20,000 nt of DNA from Pseudovirgaria hyperparasitica (lineage: Eukaryota): the NCBI GenBank assembly GCA_010093815.1, contig ML996579.1; one strand, given 5' to 3'. The notes beneath the pieces were generated by a model. The model did not search any database. It was not told where the DNA came from and worked only from the letters and a program-made list of their open reading frames with translations. The translations under genes and the position numbers were made by a program. Positions 10,501 through 18,614 of this stretch are shown here, piece by piece (the stretch's first letter is position 1; each line of letters begins with the position of its first letter).

Positions 10501-11823
10501 GGGCGTTGGCGGTACAGGTCCAAGCATTGTGCCTGTTTGAGGTGGTCTTCTAGTAGGGGGCCCAGGAAGAGGGATTGTGCCTCCAGCGGCGGATGAGGAG
10601 GAAGGAAAGTGATCTGGTGTCCTACTCATACTCTGTGACCGCGAATTGGTCGGTGGTGGTGGACCTGGAGGTGGTGGAGGCAGAGCCGCCCCAGGAGCTG
10701 AAGCCTGCACGGGAGACTCCGTACTACCACTTCTCCTAGACGGCCCGGCGATGCCAATTGCACCAGTGGATGCAGCCCTCCTCGCTGCAGGTGCTCGAAC
10801 GTCCATGTTATAGAATTCACGCTCGTTGATGATGTGCTGGGTGCCTCGACTGGGTCCTCAATTAGTCGTCATACCTATCAAAGAATCCAACTTCACAACG
10901 GCACTTACTGCTGCAAGTCTGGCGTCCGCATTAGGGCATCTGTAGTACCTTGCCGGAGTGATTCCATGTTGCTCGGCCCTGCTATTATCTCTGGTGCCTT
11001 ATCTTTATGCCTGGACATCAGACTGAAGAAGCCTCGGTCGCCTTTGGGGCGTGACGAAGACCTATCTCGCCCGGGCGGCGGAGGGAAAGATGCACCAGCC
11101 AGTTGTGGGGTTGTATGTGCCGATATAGTTCTGTTTTGCTCCGGCGTCCTCGAACTGGATGCAACCGCTGGGCTATATTCAGCGTGCTGCGATCCCCCAG
11201 GCGACATAATGTTCTGTACAGATGCAAAGACATTGTTCGCGTTGTGGTGGGTCGGGCTGGCAGCATGGGCCATATTGGGAGAATATGGAGGAGGAGGAGA
11301 GGGCATTGAAGCTATATTATTCACAATCAGCATTTTCCCAGCGTCTACGCATGAGGATCGGCGACATACCCTCCATTCCTGTCAGACCATCCGACCTCAC
11401 AGTAGATTGAGGACTTGACCGTGGCATGAAAGTTCCACTGGTAGGGCCATGCCTCCCCCATTCTTGTGGATTGTACGACGACACCATGGCTGTCGCGCTC
11501 CGGCAGCTCATAGGCGACTGGGAGCCTCTCGAGGAAGACGACGGCAGCGTGGTAGCAGAGGCTGGCGAGAAGACTGACGGGGTATATGGGGAAAGCGGAG
11601 TGTTTATGGAGACGGCCGAGGCGGGTGTAGGAGGTTGTAAGAAAGTCCCGTGCTGCGCGCCTATTGTGGTAGTTATGGAAGGCGGCTGTTGTACAGCTAT
11701 GCGCCGTAATGGAGACGGCTGTGCGGTACGATACAACGGCGATGAAGATATGGCAGGAGAGGTAGGATTAGGCGGGGGACCTGGAGGAGGAGGATAGACA
11801 TTCCTTTGACTAGCGCCGTGCAT
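7561..11823 (-). CDS. Large protein of unknown function, 1381 aa; exons 11823-11370, 11311-10909, 10849-7561
   Basis: Three ORF-track ORFs join in frame through introns 11312-11369 (GTATGT..GCTGAT..TAG) and 10850-10908 (GTAAGT..ACTAAT..CAG), total 4146 nt. Pro/Ser-rich disordered N-terminal two-thirds and helical, coiled-coil-like C-terminus. Start codon is the first in-frame ATG and is less certain. Confidence 0.88.
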
Positions 11824-13007
11824 CTGGAGAAGCCTCGAGTGGCTGTCGCGAATGCGCGAATCCGAATTCACGGTTATACTGTGCTGTGGGAGGGTCTGCT
11901 TGAAGGAACAATTGTGGGCGTTGAGTCGTCTGTGGGTACGGGGTTTCTGTGATGGGGGCCATCTGATGGGGCGTCTGCTTAAGCCCTCAAGGATTGTCAA
12001 ACGGAGATGCTACACAGATGGTATAAGCAGGACAAGCTTCTGCCTTGTAAGCCTATACACCACACCACACTGATGGGCCGATGAGTGATAGTGACTGCAG
12101 CAGTAGAATGCAGCGATTGGATGGACAGCCTCAAGCTTCTCCTCAACCTCTGTAGTCAGTGGAAAGGCTTCAAGCCCGTTTCTATTTTGGAGGTCTACTC
12201 CATGCACTAGCATGCTCATGGCTGGGGCACGCGAATACAGTGGCTTCATTGAGCGAATCAAAATGCTTGGGCGTGCGTTCGGCATTGGCAGGGGTGCAGG
12301 GCACCATGCATATCTCCAGCGCCGGCGCTTAGCTTCTTGGTCCTCTGTCACTTTGTGCTTGAGGTGCTGATGCTGGTGCCGATATTACGGCGGCCGTTGT
12401 GTTCAACGAAGATATGCTGTGTAGCAAGATAAACGGCACACGCGTATATACGGGTCCAATGTAAGAACGTTCTGTAGTGACGCCGCATGAGGGAAAATAG
12501 GAGGGCGGACCTGAAAGACAGGTTGGGATATCGATAGTAATCAGATCCTCGGCCAGACTAGACCCGTTGGAGTCAATTTCTGGCGGGGTGACACACGGAT
12601 GCTACACGTTGATTGGTGTGTTGGGTCAGCCGTCTATATATAGATCTTCCCGCAGCTCACGTGGATGTATCCTTCAGATCCGTAAATATACGGTCAAAGA
12701 ATTAAGAGTCTACTGCGAAGTAACCATCATCACTGTCACCAAATACACAGCTTATAGCCTTCTAGACCTGCAGTTCACACAACGTGCTAGAATCCTGCGC
12801 ATGAGTGATTTCGAGAACTCAAAAGCCATTAGGTTGTATCTAAGTGTAGATTGTAGGTAGCTCTGCACGTTGATCAGGTTGTAATGATGTTGATTTAGGC
12901 TATGCTATTATGAGTGTGTATGTCGCAATGCAATCATCATGTCAACCCTCTGCAGTGTGTACCAACCACCCGTCTTACCAGAATGCCCCACACACTTGTC
13001 CGGATTC

Positions 13008-14198
13008 TTATTTCTGGTACTTGTTGTAGGTGTCAATCACCTTTTGCACTTCGTCATAACTGCCCAGGAAGATGCCGGACCGATCGTGAATATGCTCGGG
13101 CGGAACCTCAAGCATGCGCTGCATCTTACTATTGACAGCCTGACCACCAGCTATACATTCGTTAGCAAGCGGCATCCTATAAGCCGAGACGGAACTCACC
13201 ATTTTCAAAAACCATAGCCATAGGAGCGCATTCGTACAGAATACGAAGCTTTCCCTTGGGGCTCTTCTTGTCTGCTGGGTACGCAAAGATACCTCCGTAC
13301 AATAGAGTACGGTAAGCATCTGCCACCATGGAACCGATGTATCTCGCGCTATATGGCTTGCTCGATTCAGATCCCTTGAGGCTGTTGACCCACTCCTTGA
13401 TCGGCTCTTCCCAGTAAAGACTGTTACCCTCATTCACCGAATAGATCGCGCGCTGCTTCGGAACCTTCATGTCGGGATGGGTCATGATGAACTCGCCCAG
13501 CGCATTGTCCATGGTGAAGCCAGTGACAGGACCGTCCTTTGTGGTAATGACTAATTGCGTCGAGGCTCCATACATGGTAAATCCACTAGCCACCAGCTCC
13601 GTTCCAGGTTTCAGGATCTCTTCTTTTGTCCCCTGCGCCCCTGGCTCGAGTCTATAGATGCCGAAGATTGTACCGACCGATACACCTGCGTCTAGATTGG
13701 ACGAACCGTCGATAGGATCGCAAACGACAGCATATCTGGCATCTGGAAATTCATCAAACTTGATGACCTCCTCCTCCTCCTCCGAGACCAACATGCGTAC
13801 TCTTGCACAGCTGCGCATCGCGCTGATGAACAGATCATTTCCAATCACATCAAGCTTCTTCTGATCGTCGCCCGTGGTATTTGATGAGCCCGCAAGACCA
13901 GTGAGCTACAGGCACTGTTAGCATCATGTCCGCACAGCTGCAGACTGTACGACGTACGTTGATGAGGGTAGCACGTCGAATGTAATATGCTATGCTTTTG
14001 AATGCAAATTGTAGGGCGTGGCAGAGTAACCTGAGCTCAGTGGTCAGTCTGTAGAACTGACTCAAGATGAGCGTCAACATACGTGAAGTCTCCAGTGGCT
14101 TCTTTGTGTTTGGTTTGCTCCTCGGTCAGGAAGCGCGTGAGAGTGACAATGTCGGTGTTGACCTTTTCCGTCGGAGCTCCATTTCCGTTCGTTGCCAT
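13008..14198 (-). CDS. fbp1: Fructose-1,6-bisphosphatase class I, 345 aa; exons 14198-14083, 14030-13958, 13905-13200, 13150-13008
   Basis: Motifs GDDQKKLDV, SEE, DPIDGSSN, RYIGSMVAD, GKLRILYECAPM. Three canonical introns (14031-14082, 13906-13957, 13151-13199) give 1038 nt in frame. Confidence 0.98.
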
Positions 14199-14479
14199 GA
14201 TTGCGAGTTTAATGGTCGTTGGGGTCTTTCAGGGAAAAGAGAGAGAGGAGAAAGCGATGATATTAAGATTTAGTACAGATGTCAAAGTGAAGCTTCAGAT
14301 GATTCAGAAGAGCCTCGGGTGTGCGGATTAATCTGCTACGGCCTTGGAGTTTCTGCAATTACTTCAAGTATGTGCGAGGTGAGTTATGGAGGTTGGTATG
14401 GACCCGATCGTGGTGTAATGAAGAAGCAGCGAGCCGATTGTCTCATGATTAAGTATCCCGAGGTCAAACTTGTACCAGG

Positions 14480-14492
14480 CCGTGATTTGCCG
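14480..14492. promoter_or_regulatory. CCG-N7-CCG site (AcuK/AcuM-type gluconeogenic activator motif), proximal copy
   Basis: CCG TGATTTG CCG, 282 bp upstream of the fbp1 ATG. Confidence 0.6.
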
Positions 14493-14503
14493 TTCTCGTG
14501 AGA

Positions 14504-14565
14504 GCGGAGTGTACTGCTACAGAGTGCCAGATGACGACGATAGGTGGAGCGTTCTGATTGCGGGG
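14504..14565 (+). promoter_or_regulatory. Cluster of three CreA/Cre1 consensus sites (SYGGRG)
   Basis: GCGGAG 14504-14509, GTGGAG 14544-14549, GCGGGG 14560-14565, between the two CCG-N7-CCG sites. The motif is short, so chance matches are common. Confidence 0.4.
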
Positions 14566-14601
14566 CAGATTAGCTCCTTGAGGTCTCTGCAGTGCTTTCT
14601 C

Positions 14602-14614
14602 CCGACATCTCCCG
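14602..14614. promoter_or_regulatory. CCG-N7-CCG site (AcuK/AcuM-type motif), distal copy
   Basis: CCG ACATCTC CCG, 404 bp upstream of the fbp1 ATG. Confidence 0.6.
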
Positions 14615-15206
14615 CTATTCGGCCGGCTTCATAGCGATAAATGGCGCATCGTCTTGAGACAGCGACGGTCATGTATCAATATCATAGATGAGAAGACATT
14701 GGAGTGAAAGGAGTCCGCCATTGCTACCCTAGCACCACTCAAGTTTAATCACAGACATCGGGATCAAGTGCTCGCGTGTTCATGACCTCCAGAAGCGGTA
14801 AGGTCTGATCGACTCGGCACAGCACCGTCCTGCTGGGAAAAAGACTACATGAGCGTGCCAACCATTAGCATATTCTGTGTCAGCAGGCTCATCGATTCGT
14901 GGAATGAGGTTGGCATAACGATTATTGCTGAGAAGTCATTGGGATTCAGGCTACAACAAAGCCAACGTGGGTGTTGGATCATTTCAGGGAGAGCCCTGGC
15001 AGGGAGAAGTGTGTAAGCTAGGCTCGAAAGAGCAAGGGAGCTATGGCCCAGCTAGCCTGCGCCGGGGAACAGCCGTAGTTCAACCGTAGTAGCGAAACTT
15101 TTTCTCGGTTACCAATTCGTCTACAAAGCTCTTCTTCACCAGCCCATCTTCAATACACATCTCGCCATGCAACTATGTAAGTACAGCTACTTCTCGTCTT
15201 TCCTTT

Positions 15207-15283
15207 CTGATGATTTGTACAACCGCAAACTAGAGTCTTTGACCTCCAAAGAGGAATGAAACTCATCGCACACGTCAGTCTGA
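15207..15283 (+). ncRNA. snR78: Box C/D snoRNA snR78 homologue (LSU Um2421 guide), with a second snR72-like guide
   Basis: Box C TGATGA 15208-15213; guide CAAACTAGAGTC 15226-15237 complementary to LSU GACUCUAGUUUG; D' TTGA 15239-15242; box D CTGA 15280-15283 preceded by CACGTCAG-T. Confidence 0.88.
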
Positions 15284-15483
15284 CTACTGTCGCTTCACGA
15301 AAACATTTTTTCTATTACTGCAAAGTCGTCAACTGACAATTTCTCTAGTTCGCATCCGTGACGCGTCGACTTCCTCGCGCTGATGTGATCTGACAGATCT
15401 CTTCGCATCTATTAGGTGCGAAGAGTATGAGCTTTGTAAATGTAAGTCTCTGATACCCTGCCATGATAATATTTACCCTCGCG

Positions 15484-15568
15484 ATGATGACGTGTGAGCA
15501 TTGCTCGCTGGAAATTACCGACCGAGTAGACTTCGGTCTCTCTGAGGCACAACAAAGGCTGTATCTGA
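15484..15568 (+). ncRNA. snR77: Box C/D snoRNA snR77 homologue (SSU Um578 guide)
   Basis: Box C ATGATGA 15484-15490; guide GCTGGAAATTACCG 15507-15520 pairs with SSU CGGUAAUUCCAGC with one bulged A; D' CCGA 15522-15525; internal AGAC-TTCG-GTCT hairpin; box D CTGA 15565-15568. Confidence 0.88.
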
Positions 15569-15689
15569 GCTTCAACTATGTCACCTACTGTTCTGCATAA
15601 TTGGTTGACGGTGTACTGACAAGATGAATTAGGTCGCAACAAGGCTCGCTCTTATACGGTATGGCCATCTTCTGCTCCTCGAATACTAC

Positions 15690-15772
15690 GTGATGAATGG
15701 CACTGGGCTCCGAACTCTAGAATGAAAAGGATATGCCATACTGCGACAGGCCTAGAAAACCTCGTCCACTGA
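15690..15772 (+). ncRNA. snR76: Box C/D snoRNA snR76 homologue (LSU Cm2197 guide)
   Basis: Box C GTGATGA 15690-15696; guide GCACTGGGC 15700-15708 complementary to LSU GCCCAGUGC; D' CCGA 15710-15713; box D CTGA 15769-15772. Confidence 0.87.
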
Positions 15773-15912
15773 TATCTGCCTTGTGTCTGCGACATGTCGA
15801 CGGTGTTTATTATTCATGGAACTGACGTCGCGTCAGGCATCGCGTTGAACACACCGCGCATGAAACCTCTTTACAGTGTAAGTCATGTGCACCACCTCCA
15901 CTCCTCCTCTAC

Positions 15913-15994
15913 GTGATGAACATCTAGATGACGAGTCTTATCTGGATTTTCCAATGCAGACACCACTTTTTTAATAACCATTCATGCCAACTGA
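15913..15994 (+). ncRNA. snR75: Box C/D snoRNA snR75 homologue (LSU Gm2288 guide)
   Basis: Box C GTGATGA 15913-15919; guide TAGATGACGAG 15925-15935 complementary to LSU CUCGUCAUCUA; variant D' CTTA 15937-15940; second antisense element CCATTCATGC 15978-15987 complementary to nearby LSU GCAUGAAUGG; box D CTGA 15991-15994. Confidence 0.9.
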
Positions 15995-16106
15995 AATGAA
16001 ACTGTTCTCCTCGGCCTTTATCGCTCTTCAAGCACTGACGCTGACATGTCGAAAGAAGTCTAGACCATTGGTGTAAAGTATCTCTCCTTCCGATTGCGCG
16101 CCTTCG

Positions 16107-16181
16107 ATGATGATTCGACTTAAAAATGACAAGCATATGTCCAAGCCACCTCGGTGGTGTTGACGAGACTGTCTCATCTGA
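16107..16181 (+). ncRNA. snR74: Box C/D snoRNA snR74 homologue (SSU Am28 guide)
   Basis: Box C ATGATGA 16107-16113; guide GACAAGCATATG 16128-16139 complementary to SSU 5' end CAUAUGCUUGUC; variant D' CCAA at 16141, with the fifth nucleotide upstream pairing to A28; C' TTGACGA 16160-16166; box D CTGA 16178-16181. Confidence 0.9.
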
Positions 16182-16336
16182 CTGTCGTGCGGCATGATCG
16201 GCGAGCTTGCCAGCAGGTCTGAACCTCTGACTGACTGCGCATCAGATTTGTGGTTGAACATTACGAGCTGGATGTATTCTACCAAGGTAAGCCATCTCCG
16301 CATGACGTCCCCTTGTTCAACTTTTACACCTTCCCA

Positions 16337-16420
16337 ATGATGATTTACTCTATCTCACGACGGTCAACTGAGCTACAAGTTAGCTTTGACGAAAGTGCCT
16401 GTGACAGGGCTTTGATCTGA
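16337..16420 (+). ncRNA. snR73: Box C/D snoRNA snR73 homologue (LSU Cm2959 guide)
   Basis: Box C ATGATGA 16337-16343; guide TCTCACGACGGTC 16353-16365 complementary to LSU GACCGUCGUGAGA; D' CTGA 16368-16371; C' TTGACGA 16386-16392; box D CTGA 16417-16420. Confidence 0.92.
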
Positions 16421-17422
16421 TCTTGACGCGCTTAGTCATGACTTTCATGCACTTGCTGCGATGGACTGTGCTGACACTCTCGCTAGGTACGTACAGTGTG
16501 GCAGTGCATTGTGATGTTCCCTCCCTCGTCCCCGTCCTTGTCCTCGTCTTCGCCTCGTAGAGCACATGGTGCCATGACTGGGCCGAAGTGGAAACGAGCT
16601 GTGACTGTTCTGATGAGCGAGTATTCGTATTAGTCTTAAGTTTTTAATCTAAATGTAATCTTGTTATTGCGAACCCAGCAGTGTTCAAGGTGCTTTCTCG
16701 TCAGTGGCATCGTGCAGTGAATGTGGTTGATCCTATGGCTTGTGGTGACATACCTGATACGCAGGACAGCTGGTTTAGATTTCGGAAAGGCCCGCTTATA
16801 CCCAGTTTTCCAACCATACTTCCATCGTTACCTTCGAAAACCCAGCTTGCCACAGTAATGTTTCAAGCAACACGACCAGTGGTGTCAGTGGGTGTATATC
16901 TTGCTATGAGCTTTGTCTCCTACATCAGCTGAAGGTTGACTCCGCCACTTGAGGGCCGACATTGTATAGCCAGCGTAGACATTACTTCATGCGAGGAATG
17001 ACGCAGTGGAGGCCCATAAGTATGCAGCGCCACAGAGCTTGATTCCTGGACCCTGACTCGATTGATCCAACGGCGGATACGCGGATAGAAATCGAACGAG
17101 TTCCAGGCAGCTAGAGGCTCGTTGTGGACCCACAAGGCACATCAATGAACACGATCTAAAGCGTTCAGAAGGCAAGCCCGAGCGATGTTGCGCCGCGCGA
17201 GCGAGGAGAGAGCGCATAGATAAACGAAGGGTTTATCCAAAGCGGCAGTGCAATCAGGGCAGGACAGCTGAGCAAAGAAGCGAGCAAAAGAGCGCGTGCC
17301 TACCTGTGTTTCCCTCTGATATCTATATCCTATATTTTCTCGACCCTTGTTTCTGTCTACTCGTCCAGAATATCTGTCTATTCGAATTATACCCACCGTA
17401 CCGCATCTGACTAAGAGCAAAC

Positions 17423-18139
17423 ATGCCCTTCTTCAAGCAAGTGACTGCAGGACTGAAAGACCTCAAGGCCTCCTACGATCGCAAGAACGCGAATAAAGAA
17501 GGGAAGAAGCCTGACTATGGGACTGGCAGTGACCCTCAAGCGATAGCCCAGCAACCGTTCGGCCACGGGCAGGCCTACGGCCAGCCATTCGGAAACCCTC
17601 CACAGCAGAACGGCGGTGACTATGCTCCACAGCCATCACAAGGACCACAACCTCAGGCCCAGGGACCGCCAGGCCAGAGCGTGCTTCCCGTAGGCTGGAT
17701 CACGCAGTTCGACCAGAGCAGCCAGCGGTGGTACTTTGTCGAGCAAGCGACTGGCCGCACGCAATGGGAGGCACCGGCTTCTTCTGCGCCTTTTCCTCAT
17801 CTTCAACAAGAACAACAACGACAACAACAGCAACAATTCATACCGCAACCCGCTGGTGCACATGACATTCCGCCTCCTCCTCCGGGACCAGCAGCAGCCG
17901 AACGCGGACAAGGCGGGAAGAAATACGTCAAGCAGGCCGCGCACCTGATCGTCGGCGCGCACAAGAAGAAGAAGGAGAAGAAGAAGCAGAAGAAACAGGC
18001 GCAGCAGCACGGCGGTGGTGCTGCGCATGAGCATGGTGGCCAGGAGGAAGAATACGAGGAAGGGGAGGAGTATGAGGAAGGGGAGGAGGGGGAAGAATAT
18101 GAGGAAGAGGAGGCGTATGAGTATGAAGATTATGAGTAG
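17423..18139 (+). CDS. WW-domain protein, 238 aa, with Gln/Pro/Gly-rich regions, Lys-rich block and Glu/Tyr-rich tail
   Basis: LPVGWITQFDQSSQRWYFVEQATGRTQWEAP is a clear WW domain; start context CAAACATG; single uninterrupted ORF. Confidence 0.9.
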   Translation: MPFFKQVTAGLKDLKASYDRKNANKEGKKPDYGTGSDPQAIAQQPFGHGQAYGQPFGNPPQQNGGDYAPQPSQGPQPQAQGPPGQSVLPVGWITQFDQSSQRWYFVEQATGRTQWEAPASSAPFPHLQQEQQRQQQQQFIPQPAGAHDIPPPPPGPAAAERGQGGKKYVKQAAHLIVGAHKKKKEKKKQKKQAQQHGGGAAHEHGGQEEEYEEGEEYEEGEEGEEYEEEEAYEYEDYE

Positions 18140-18184
18140 GATGATAATGTGGCGGTGTGTGAGGCGGAGAATGTGTTTTGTTGT

Positions 18185-18208
18185 AGATATAGATATAGAT
18201 ATAGATAT
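18185..18208. repeat. (AGATAT)4 microsatellite in the WW gene 3' region
   Basis: Four perfect units read directly. Confidence 0.9.
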
Positions 18209-18594
18209 ACCATTGTAAGAGTATTTAATTTTAGAATCATATGTGCTTGCCATGGATCTCTCAGAAGATTATACAGATGAAATCTACCACCCAGGCCAAA
18301 CGCCAAGTCGGCGATGACGAGCGGAAGAGATTTGAGACTTTCAAGTTGTAAATACATACCCGTAATACGAAGGGACTCCGATAGCAGGAGAGCACGGAGC
18401 CAAACACCAAGACGACTCCCTCCTCATCCTTGATAAAATGTCTCAGTGCTGTACATTATACGTGCCGTTGCCGTGCGGTGCCGTGCCGTGTTATACTATG
18501 CTGTATGGCCAAAGTACCAAAGCCCCGCGCCCCCAGACACGCAAACAATAAACGTGCAGATCAGGGCGCGCCCGGAGTCCGCGAGTGCATGAGC

Positions 18595-18614
18595 GGATGG
18601 ATGGATGGATGGAT
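18595..18614. repeat. (GGAT)5 microsatellite
   Basis: Five perfect units read directly. Confidence 0.9.

Larger units (their letters stand above)
15125..16660 (+). ncRNA. Spliced non-coding host transcript of the snR78-snR73 box C/D snoRNA cluster (ends approximate)
   Basis: Six introns, each with a donor, a CTGAC branch site and a YAG acceptor: 15177-15348, 15442-15632, 15659-15836, 15878-16063, about 16078-16245 (donor uncertain), 16287-16486. They are separated by short exons with no long ORF, and each intron holds one C/D snoRNA. Confidence 0.85.

Noticed and set aside
13177..13199. Possible PTS1 on fbp1 by intron retention or stop readthrough
   Set aside because: The intron-retained form ends LGL and readthrough of TAA ends AFW; neither fits PTS1.
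15686..15920. Repeated 12-mer CTACGTGATGAA (15686, 15909) suggesting a CRISPR-like or direct repeat
   Set aside because: It is box C plus flank of snR76 and snR75; only two copies, in eukaryotic DNA.
15256..16076. Short ORFs starting MKL... (15256, 15996) that resemble signal peptides of small secreted proteins
   Set aside because: They overlap snoRNA bodies or intron spacers and stop after about 26 codons; the snoRNA cluster explains the region.
17636..18253. 205-aa hydrophobic minus-strand ORF resembling a membrane protein
   Set aside because: Reverse complement of the purine-rich Lys/Glu codons of the WW gene.
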